Shown here: positions 23,301 to 31,700 of the stretch, in pieces
Numbering within the stretch: the stretch's first letter is position 1
How the letters are laid out: each line of letters starts with the position of its first letter
NCBI GenBank assembly: GCA_964187785.1
Contig: OZ076409.1
Coordinates: forward strand, 92,258,001 to 92,322,000
Direction of reading: 5' to 3'
DNA: 64,000 nt
From: Amphiscolops sp. MND2022
Taxonomy: Eukaryota
The notes under the pieces: generated by a model
Told to the model about the DNA's origin: nothing
The model's input: only the letters and a program-made list of their open reading frames with translations
Databases searched by the model: none
Translations under genes and position numbers: made by a program

Positions 23301-25400
23301 TTGAAAAACAAGTTCAAGGTTGGTAATCAATTCTTCGGGTGAGTGTGCTGCAATTCCAATATCGTCAACATATTGGGCACAGCGGTCCGCTTTGACCAAG
23401 GGGTCCAAATACTCACGGATTACTCCTGTAAATGCTGACAAAGAACGATTAAGACCTTGTGCTAGACGTAAAAATGCAAAAGTTCTAGACCCAAAATTAA
23501 ACGATAACAGTTGGACAGATTGCTCGTCGGCCATTGGAATGCAATGGTAGGCCTGGGAACAATCAAGTTTGCAGAAGTACCTTTTCCCGGCCATGTGTTG
23601 GGCAGCGTCAGCAATTGTTGTTACGGGATGATTGTGCTCACCGTAATCGTTTTTGATCAGGTGGTTTATTCTTCTCAAGTCAACTAAAATCCTCAATTTA
23701 CCATTAGGTTTACGCTGAGCAAATATCGGGGAAGAGTATTTGCTGTGAGGCAAAGTAGTTATAATCCCGTACTCTTGCATTAGGGCTAACTCCACGAGCA
23801 AATCGTCCTTCAAATTTGTCGGAGTCGGGAGACTTTGTGAATAAACAGGTTCTTCATGTTGAGGTGTTAACTTAACTTTAAAATCAGTGTTCATGCCAAT
23901 ATCAAAACGGTGTCTAGCAAAAATGGAGTTGTACTTTACCAGCAACTCCTCTACCTGTAACCGTTGAGACGGAGTAAGAAGCGAGTCGTCCCAGTTGAAG
24001 TTCTTCAGGAAGTTCATCCGTTGTTCATCGGATTGGGACGGGTCAAGCTTCTCGAGCTCTCGCAGTGCCAGAATCTCATCATAAATCCGTCGCTCAATTG
24101 CGTTGAGTTTGTCTGGCTCACTGCACGTCTCGGGAGTTGGGTACCACTTGGTTGACTTCATTTCAGGGTTCACGAACAGTTGGTTGATCACTGCTTCGGC
24201 TTCATCTGGATACTTGGTGATCAAGTTCAAGTGTTCCACTGGCATGGGCGTGATGTTTGCCGCCTGGTGTGGTGTCGGGATGCGAAAGTGTGCCAGAGTG
24301 GTGTTGGCTTCAAGTGTGTACGTGTGGTTGTTTGGGTTGGTGACCTGGATTGTCGTCTTGCCCTCGTCTAGGTCAACCAAAGCTGGAGAAACAAGCAAAC
24401 ACGTCTTTCGCATGAATCCAGGTGAGCCCTCAACTGTACCAGTTGTAAGTGAGATGTCCGCTTCACTGTGGACCTGTATCATCACTTGATGGAGAGGAGG
24501 GATCACTGTTCTAGTGCTGGAACACAAATCAATTAAACCAGTTTTGAATCTGTTGTTCTTTTGCTGTCTAACTTGCATGGACATCATGTGATTAGGGAAG
24601 TGGACAAGGTGGTTTTTGATGTCTAAGTTGACTGAGTACTTTTCAAAAAAGGACATTCCAATTAAAATTGTTCCCATTGTTGGAAGGATTAGGAACGTTT
24701 CTTCGAATACTTTTCCAGCAACGTAAAATCTAAGTAAGACTTGCTTACGCACTGGGACTAAGTTCCCGTTTGCTATTTGAATTTTGAAATTCGGAGGGGG
24801 GAATTCTTGAAGGATGGCTTCTGGATGAGCCGTTGTTATTTTTCGCAGTTCGGCTTCAGACATTGCACTTTGTATTGCGCCTGTGTCTAAAAGTGCGCTG
24901 TTTTCGTATTTGTCAAACTGAAGAGGGACGTACAGCATTTTATCTTTCTTGTTTAGATGTAAAGTGGGACTGAGAACGTGAATTTCTGTTTTAATTGCAT
25001 GTTTTTTAGTTTTTGAAACGTTAATACTACTCTGTTTTGCATGTTTTTTAATACTAAGCCGTTTGTCGATTGTTGAGTGCGAAGTCGAGTCGTCGTCTAG
25101 ATGGTGGGTTTCCATCTCTTTGGCATCTTCCACCTGCCTCATGGTGTTTGGTTGCCAGTTCATCGTTTGTTCATCGTTGATTTCAGCGAGTGGAGAAAAG
25201 CGGCTGCCGTTGAGTTGACGTGCATTTCTCATCGCTTTTTCATCGTTGGAAAGTCTTCGCTGATAGACGTCGTCAGCTTTTGGTCGTTTGTCCAGTGAAG
25301 GCTGCCATTTCTTCATTGGACGGTCGTGTGTAGTCGGTTGAGTCGAAAGTCGTTGGTCGCGCGTTGTATTTCTAGCGGGCGGAAATCGTGGCGGAATCAA
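20307..25400 (-). CDS. pol: Pol polyprotein (about 1697 aa; protease, dUTPase-like segment, RT, RNase H, integrase), probably expressed by -1 frameshift
   Basis: ALLDTGA (protease); QYVDD (RT); CDAS..E..TD (RNase H); H..GHPG..CENC, D-D35-E and GPY module (integrase). No stops and no chromodomain. Confidence 0.97.
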   Translation of the reverse strand: MIPPRFPPARNTTRDQRLSTQPTTHDRPMKKWQPSLDKRPKADDVYQRRLSNDEKAMRNARQLNGSRFSPLAEINDEQTMNWQPNTMRQVEDAKEMETHHLDDDSTSHSTIDKRLSIKKHAKQSSINVSKTKKHAIKTEIHVLSPTLHLNKKDKMLYVPLQFDKYENSALLDTGAIQSAMSEAELRKITTAHPEAILQEFPPPNFKIQIANGNLVPVRKQVLLRFYVAGKVFEETFLILPTMGTILIGMSFFEKYSVNLDIKNHLVHFPNHMMSMQVRQQKNNRFKTGLIDLCSSTRTVIPPLHQVMIQVHSEADISLTTGTVEGSPGFMRKTCLLVSPALVDLDEGKTTIQVTNPNNHTYTLEANTTLAHFRIPTPHQAANITPMPVEHLNLITKYPDEAEAVINQLFVNPEMKSTKWYPTPETCSEPDKLNAIERRIYDEILALRELEKLDPSQSDEQRMNFLKNFNWDDSLLTPSQRLQVEELLVKYNSIFARHRFDIGMNTDFKVKLTPQHEEPVYSQSLPTPTNLKDDLLVELALMQEYGIITTLPHSKYSSPIFAQRKPNGKLRILVDLRRINHLIKNDYGEHNHPVTTIADAAQHMAGKRYFCKLDCSQAYHCIPMADEQSVQLLSFNFGSRTFAFLRLAQGLNRSLSAFTGVIREYLDPLVKADRCAQYVDDIGIAAHSPEELITNLELVFQQLHKAGLKLSMSKCEFGQKQIEYLGKTISSTGIAPIEKRVTDYLTKLKPPNSVKALQRYLGFVNFYRSYIPRLADKTCCLQELIKKDVPFKLNQQHKDAIFEINESLLKATKVSLKLPLPDKQLVIMCDASEHAAGYVLLIEDYADPSVKHTYAPVAFGSKKFQGGQMSLTMYAKEFLAMHFAFDEFGHILWGAKKPIIVMTDNKALTRFFQAKHIPPSLWNFCDQTLQFNFLLAHVPGVENPAADYLSRLEIRPEDRVHLKLTDTIPIHRIEIDIASRTPKQEEDEPDYFPASEPLRCKRQKDVKEMKLATGTDVAHDDGKGMKFTKCERTAASDDFATDNHLTYRFTDVDEPIQLSQFIRKVSLSHPVMSQVSPAEGIDLIQVQKNNWVIQKMIRFLEGTEILQHPVNMQDQLFQKLYKNRKRLQVVNGVLYRQFFDHTGLESHKQLVVPEDCILKIIRTLHNSPVQGHPGLKKMLYELRKRYYSPNLACKVQKVLDGCENCMKSKSVKETQLRPPLQKIYDPCDGPEDLLEIDIVGPLPASNGFTHILTAVDVFSRYLFAVPLKRPDTHSVVRGLLSIFTKHAYVPKHILTDKGTAFTAELLSEIAKAADIHISHATIKHAQTIGMVERTHAKLKKILKISVNADRPQWDRYVDIAIMAHNTTYHDSLKCSPTEIFHGRTPYNSLDLQFRNANKPAETKCKDVNEILDKMNFIFRDNLDNIISAYHKYKTYYDRKARAQPLKVNEFVFLLDPKYDSQRSKEEFKTFHWKGPYKVIKVLSDSNYIIRKVGTHQTQCVHRMRLRLFKPEFPIDDINVSKHLYPDTERVEDTDIFDSNIPTTDEVDQNENDNLDQDLVEEEPSEETIPRVQEQHTPQVIPPEITTRIDYHQVETDHNNFRPPTVRFGTREEIILPPPRDESRIRVPLRDEQHENQSQQTNTQNENEERMSSRPSRSNQSRYRLRENPTPKTYPDFLIHEITSARNALRKTNKIDVTI

Positions 25401-26902
25401 AAACCCTGATTTATGTCTTCATCAGAGTAGTTTTCTTGGTCTTCTTCTTCGGCAACTGCTTGCATAGGGTTCATCGGCTTTTGTTGTCGTTTTAAATCTT
25501 GTCTTCTAGTTCTGTTGTCATCTTGTGAATTCGTTGCGTATGGAATCTTTCCATATGCAGAACTGCTTTCTTTAGGGACACGTCGTCTGCAATCCCTTGC
25601 TGAGTGGCCTGTGTAACCGCAAATCTGGCAGACCAATTTTGGATTGTATTTCGGCTTATCTGGATCGGCTGCTTTCTTCATCGGGATTGCATCCTCCTTC
25701 TTTATGCCGTTCGCTTCGTCTCGTTGTCGGGCGCGACATTCCGTTTTGCGGTGTCCTGTTTTTCCGCAGTAGAAACATTGTCCCTCAAATCGTTTTCGTT
25801 CTGTCGGTTGCGCGGTCGTCGTTGTTGTTGTAGGCTTCGTCGTTGTAATCGTAGGTGGTGCTGAGGAGGTGACCGCGTTGAATGGTTGGATTGCAGTAGG
25901 TGGCGCGACGTACTGCTGGTACTGGTATTTTCGCATTAGGTAGGTTTTGATTTCCTCTGGGGAGCTCTCTTCTTTGTTTGCCATGGTGAGCTCTTGTTGA
26001 ATCTCGACTGGCAGTTTTCCAAACAGGAACATTTTGATTATACTGTCGGCCTCATTGCCGAAGGCTTGTTTGGCAGTCTTCTTGAGATTTTTGAGGAAAT
26101 CGCCGAATGTTTCTGTTGTGGGATCATAGCGTGCTTGATCCCATTTGTAACGGGCCACTTCCTTTAGATCCTCTTTCGCAAATTCTTTTCTGAAGAGGTC
26201 GAGTACATCCTTCAGTGTTGTCATTGGCGTTATCTGGATGGATTGCCAGTATTCTATTGCGTCATCTCTCAAAAGGCTTTGAAAGAAGTGTAGTTTGTTC
26301 TCCTCGGTGATTTTGTTGGCAAGCGGGCTAAGGTGGTTGAGGAGAAGGTGCTCAAATTCGACGAATTTGTCTTTTTGGCCTCTAAAATTTGGCACGTGTG
26401 TCTGCAGAAGCTTTGTGTTGGTGGTTGTGTTTTTGATCCGTTGAGGGATCGTCTCGATTGCATTGAGTAGTCGTTCCTCATTGCTTCTGGGGGTTGATTC
26501 TCCTTCGTCTGAATCGTCTTCTTGGTAGCTTCTGAAGTTGGTGAAGCTGGCTGTCGGGCGGTTGGAGCGGGTTTCTGTAGCTCCTGTCACCATGTCGAAC
26601 CCCACCGCGTGGGTCGGCTTTGAAGGACCTTTCGAGGTTGACTGTCGGTTTTCGGTGTCTGTCTTACTTATGACAGCCATCATTAAGTCCTTCAGTTGAC
26701 TGAACTCATTCTGTAGTTCGTTTATCTTTCTCTCATAACTCTCTTTTATTTCAGATAACTGAGACGAGATATCAGAAACCTCGTTGCTATCAGAGTCATT
26801 GGCAGAGGACTGAGCCATGTCTGGGTCCGTTTGAACGGGTGTTTCTGATGAGGAACTAATAACTCTTCCGCTTCTGAGTTCGGTGCCTAGATCTGGGTTC
26901 AT
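25397..26902 (-). CDS. gag: Gag polyprotein (501 aa), starts inside the 5' LTR
   Basis: N-terminal coiled coil, capsid-like 'VPNFRG...LHFFQSLLRDDAIEYW', and two CCHC knuckles (CFYCGKTGHRKTEC, CQICGYTGHSARDC). Confidence 0.95.
   Translation of the reverse strand: MNPDLGTELRSGRVISSSSETPVQTDPDMAQSSANDSDSNEVSDISSQLSEIKESYERKINELQNEFSQLKDLMMAVISKTDTENRQSTSKGPSKPTHAVGFDMVTGATETRSNRPTASFTNFRSYQEDDSDEGESTPRSNEERLLNAIETIPQRIKNTTTNTKLLQTHVPNFRGQKDKFVEFEHLLLNHLSPLANKITEENKLHFFQSLLRDDAIEYWQSIQITPMTTLKDVLDLFRKEFAKEDLKEVARYKWDQARYDPTTETFGDFLKNLKKTAKQAFGNEADSIIKMFLFGKLPVEIQQELTMANKEESSPEEIKTYLMRKYQYQQYVAPPTAIQPFNAVTSSAPPTITTTKPTTTTTTAQPTERKRFEGQCFYCGKTGHRKTECRARQRDEANGIKKEDAIPMKKAADPDKPKYNPKLVCQICGYTGHSARDCRRRVPKESSSAYGKIPYATNSQDDNRTRRQDLKRQQKPMNPMQAVAEEEDQENYSDEDINQGF
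25400..25406 (-). promoter_or_regulatory. -1 ribosomal frameshift slippery heptamer G_GGT_TTT
   Basis: X_XXY_YYZ heptamer in the gag frame directly before the gag TGA. A -1 slip reads GGG TTT TTG ATT CCG into pol. Confidence 0.85.
26581..26592 (-). other. Primer-binding site TGGTGACAGGAG (tRNA-Leu-like)
   Basis: TGG start abuts the LTR end. It matches 11/12 to the complement of a typical eukaryotic tRNA-Leu 3' end (TGGTGTCAGGAG); tRNA identity is inferred. Confidence 0.75.
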
Positions 26903-28829
26903 AGAGGTGAGAGAAAAGGAATTATGAGTGAAGACTGGATTCTGGATGATTTTTCGATGTATTTTACTATTTTGTGCCTTTATTCGAACTCAAATTCACT
27001 ATTTCTGAACTTGAGATGTAAATGCGATGAGTTTTACAGTAAGACAAGGATACTAGTAAAGAATGAGAAATAGTTAACGAGGATTAAGTAGAGTTCATCC
27101 AAATTTCATCGAACAGATATCGATCAAGAAATTACTCAGAGTTGTGAAGGTAGCGTTTTTTACGATGAATAAGAGATATGTTTTCTAGTTCAAATCTGTC
27201 GTAATTCGTCCAACTGGACAGTAGCTAATCGCAATTTCGGTCTGAGTAAACTCTAATGGCGTTCCAAAATACAGCAGTTCACGTGTCTCTTCGGGCTGGT
27301 AAGACGCTAAATCTCTTACCAGCCGACTCTTATTGGCTATTGCCGGTTGGCGCTAATTGGTAAGTCACGTGACCGGTGTTGTGAACTGCCGCAAGTTGGC
27401 CAAACCACATGGTACATCTACATATGCTAATTATGACTAATCATCACTTTACAATGTCGCAATTGCCTGCACACAGTGTCATGGTTTCTATAGCAACTCA
27501 AATCATTCAATAATGTACTAATTTCAAGTCAAAACAGAGTAAACTGCATCACAGGATGAGAAAACGATGTTTTTCCAACTAATTCTAGCATTAAAATCAA
27601 TACTTCAAAAGCAAAGATGGAAACGCGATGAATTCGTCAGAATATTTGCTGATTTTCAAGTCTAGTTTAGCTCTGGATGAAAATGCGATGAATGGTGGTC
27701 TTTTAGCTCGAAAATCAACACGATATGAACTGACGATGATAAAAGGATGAACTCGTCTTCAAAATGAATGATTTCCAGCACAATTTAGATCAACGATGGT
27801 AAAAGGATGAACTCTCCTCAAAAATAACTAATTTCCAGCACTAGTGAAATTGACGATGAATTCAGGATGAATTCAGCCAATAAAACAGGTGAAACAGCTA
27901 CTTCTGCAGTGAAGACAAATATACGATGACTTTAGGATGAATACATTCAATAAAACAGCAAAATCTAATGAATGAAATTCCAACGATGGGTTTAGGATGA
28001 ACTCAACTAAAAATTCGGCTAATTCTAACGTAAGTCGAATTAGCGATGAATTTACGATGAACTAGTGATGAGTTAATCTAATAAAACAGATATCCAGTAC
28101 TTCACTCTTTTTTAGGATGAATTAAGGATGTACTTTCTCATTTCTTGTAGTTTCTGTTCAGGACGATGAAATATAGATGTGTTATGCTCTTTTTAAGAAA
28201 TGAGAAGCACATTGAAGGTTAATAATCACAAAACGACGATGAGTATAGGATGGCTTTCATGCAATTTAAAGTCCCGTGAGATCCGCTGATGGATCACTAA
28301 ATAAAATCAAATATATGTCCCAAATTTTGTTTACCCGCAATCTTGGCGATGTGATTGCGATGAACCTTGATAATATAGCACCGTAATTTCACTAATAGAT
28401 CAAGTTGTAGGATCACTAAGTCCGCTGATGGATTAGTGATGAACTTTCCTGAAATTCGTCACGACTACAAGTCCTGAGGCGAGGGAGCTAGTAGAAGTTA
28501 CAGATTCCATTATTTCTACATCTCTCGGTCCAGTCTGACCGGAAGACTTCTCTCCCTTATCGTGACAAACCAATATTGAATAAGATAGCACATTAAAAGC
28601 TATTGGCAAGATCATTTGTGCGGACACCGGAATTAGAGCGCTCAGTATTAAGTAAATATATATAGCTCAAACTCAGGGGGGATAGGGATTAAAGTACAAG
28701 TAACGTAGGGTTGCTCACAACCATGGCTCTTATTATATGACATCATATTGCCCATATCTAAGTACATAAGACATAATATTTACATTACAAATATTTAGTA
28801 GATTATATTTCCATCATGCTGGCATGACA
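26593..28829 (-). repeat. 5' LTR of element 1 (2237 bp)
   Basis: Direct repeat of 9623-11859, immediately followed on the minus strand by the PBS. Confidence 0.98.
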
Positions 28830-28834
28830 CTCAG

Positions 28835-29393
28835 TTTTTCGGGCCTAAATAAACGTTCCCTTGTTGACCACGTCCTAGGTGGTCCAGTTTGTAGAATTTT
28901 TTCTAAAAACTGTATCATCAAATTCTACAAACTGGACATCCGTCACTCAATATCCTGAGAGGTCCACCGACTAAGATCTAAAAGAATAAGATTTAAAAAC
29001 TGAAATGTGGGGCATGTCCGGTGTATGCACGCTCGCCCTCGCTGTCGCAAAGACCAGCACCCACTACGATTGCTTCGCGACCTCTGTTCCCAATGGGTCT
29101 TTGCTGCTGTTCGACCACGCTTAGTAAGATAGGAACATAAGCGGCCACAAGGGGCCGCAGGGCACTAGAGGAAACAGCGACATATCCGAGGCACATTTTA
29201 TACTTTGCATCATTCGTACATTATTGGTCTCATTGTTTTTCTTCAATTCCAAAGTTCTACAAACTGGTACTCTACAAATTGGACCTAATCCAAAAAACTA
29301 CCATGGTCCAGTTTGTAGAAAAAAGTTCTACAAATCGGACTTCACTTTTCTACAAACTCGATTCTACAATTGGATTTTCTACAAACTGGTTCC
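28835..29393. mobile_element. Terminal region of a Mutator-like element (probably the host of the Gypsy insertion) with TTCTACAAACTGG repeats
   Basis: GGGCCTCAAAT-like repeats occur on both sides of the Gypsy insertion. About 10 TTCTACAAA repeats. Shares a 200-bp core with the MITE at 2844-3920. Confidence 0.6.
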
Positions 29394-29399
29394 TTATCG

Positions 29400-31700
29400 T
29401 ATTATCACTGGTAAACATAAACTTGTCTGCGTAACCGATATTTTCTCGATAGCGGGCACTCAACTATATCACTTCTATAGACTAGGAAGAAAGGAAACCG
29501 ATAATAGAACATTGTGGAACAACACTGAGAACTGTTAGCTCGCTTGAAAGACTGTTTTGTCATTTGTCTTGTGTGCTCGTTTTTTTACCACTCTTGAACA
29601 ATATTTCTAACAGTAGAGAGTGATTGACTTTCTCGGAAACCTTTTGAAAATCGACGTTGAAAGCGGCTGAAAGAGACATTTTGGGTAGTCAAACTTCTCA
29701 TACAGAGCATGTAGGTACTCGATCAGGATGGTTATACTTGAAAACCTTTTGCGAAAGCCGTTAGGATGGGCAGAAGTTTGTTGATATTAACTTCTCAAGA
29801 AGCTTTGAAACAGTAGAGAGGAGGCTGATCGGTCTGTCGTTAGATGCTAGTTGCTTGTCTCTGTCTTTGAAAATTCGAACGAATGATTTTCCATTCTGTC
29901 GGAAGGTACAGTTGTTTGCTGTAAGATTGAAGAGTACATGAAAAGACTTAGGCAGTGAGACGGATAAGTTCCTCAGAAGCGCATTACTTTTTGACCGCGC
30001 CCTTCGCTTGAGTAACAACTTATTTGATTAGAGCATCGTATATTTCGGTGGTGTTCAAGTAAATTTGGTCAGTCTGGTGCAAGGTGATTCCTCAACGGTC
30101 GGATTTTAAACAGCTCGACAAAAAACGGTTTGAAAAAAAAATCATAGACAGTTTTCATTTTCTCAACATCAGTTTAAAGCATCAGATCCACATTACTCAA
30201 CCAGTATAAACCAGTAGGGGTGGAATGCGTTATGTCCTATAAAGTCATTATTCTGTTTCCAGTCAGCTTTCTCGAAAGCAAAACGAGAGATGTTATATAC
30301 TGTTGTTTGTGTCTCGAGGAAGTGTGACGGTTTCACGTGGAGATTCAACTTGCTGCGTATTATGGGTGTGCAGAGGTGAAGTGCGATTAACGATGATTGT
30401 TAGCTCCTATTTTGAGGAAAATATCAGGTAGGTAATACCTGGGTGGGTAGAGCTGAAGTGGGAGTCACGATGGTTGTCAACTCCTAACTTTAGGAAAATA
30501 TCAGGTATTTAATATCAATTTTACGAAAAAGGATGTCGAAGACTTCCCTTTTTTCGTAAAGATTAGATATTGTAGGTTTGCAGAGGACATCTCGTCGAGG
30601 CAGTACTGTTCTTCCCAGTGTGTTGAGGTCCTTGACGTTAAGTCAGTATAGGTAAAATTTATAATTCCCACATTCATTAAACATCTGGTTTCGAATTCGT
30701 ATTTCTTTTTGTTAAGAAAGTTCATCAAAGAAATGAGCTCGGGTGTAGGCCAGGAAAAAGCGCTATCACTTGGGGCGCTGTGAATGCAGCAGATAAAGAT
30801 GGGTTCAATGGGACAGCTTGGAAAGTTTTTGGAAACACCGATTATAAGGCTTGCACGTGCGCTCGTTACACTCGGTCGGGTTTTTCGGTTTATATCATTT
30901 TTCAACAAGAATAAAGCAGCATCGGTAATCTGTTCAGTCAGCCAAATTTCAGCGTGACAAATTATGTCGTAGACGTTGGTTATTTGAAAAACACCTGGGA
31001 ATTTGGATATTCGTTCGGCTTCCAGGATGCTACCGACCTTGTACACTAGTACATTGATCGTGGTTGTTAGTCAAAATTCGTTCTCCGTACGGGGCAGTTC
31101 ATTTCCAACTTTGGTGCATATGTTTCCGTATGTACAAGAAGCAGTCTTTAGCTCGCAGATCTATCGAAATTATGTTCTAGTCGATCAGTTCACGTCTTTT
31201 CATTACCGATTCGTTTTCTAACACGGTCTCCTCGTTTGACAATAGTCGACTTGTGAACACAAGTTGACTGTATTCGTTCTGTTTTATTGCAGTGGAAAAA
31301 AATCATTTTCCGCTGCCACACGTTGAGAATTTTTAGTAAGATCGTTATCGTTTTTTTCCTCATACTGCCCTGATGAAAGTCTAATGATGTCACCAGTTTC
31401 CGCATTCACTTCATTCAGTTACAAAAATTTTCAAACCTCGGTGGAGTCGTGTTCGTTTCTCAGCCTGGCATCCTTTACCTTCAGTTCCGAGATACCGTGT
31501 ATCCTGATTCCACCCAGTTCTTCTGTCCAATGTGCTAATTTTTCTTTAGACTTCGATACAACTGGTTGTCTTGGGGACGGGGTGCTTGTCTGGTTTTTCC
31601 CTCGGAAAGATTTTAATTCTGAAATAGATTCTTTTTTAATTCAACCATTTCAGACTCCAAATAATCCATTTGCGTTTTTTTCTACTTTCATTTGATTGGG
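29400..31700 (-). pseudogene. Heavily decayed LINE (CR1/L2-like): ORF1 remnant, endonuclease, start of RT
   Basis: 'YDIICHAEIWL' endonuclease motif (30501-31046) and 'RPISLLSTVSKLLEKLI' RT motif (29761-30018). Boundaries are approximate. Confidence 0.7.

Larger units (their letters stand above)
9623..28829 (-). mobile_element. Intact full-length Ty3/Gypsy LTR retrotransposon (element 1, 19.2 kb) with antisense accessory gene
   Basis: Two 2237-bp direct repeats with TGTC...GACA ends, a 5-bp TSD CTCAG (9618-9622 and 28830-28834), a PBS, and uninterrupted gag and pol in PR-RT-RH-IN order. Confidence 0.98.

Noticed and set aside
25350..25396. Frameshift-stimulating pseudoknot downstream of the slippery site
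   Set aside because: Only a weak ATTTC/GAAAT stem is visible; it needs folding computation.
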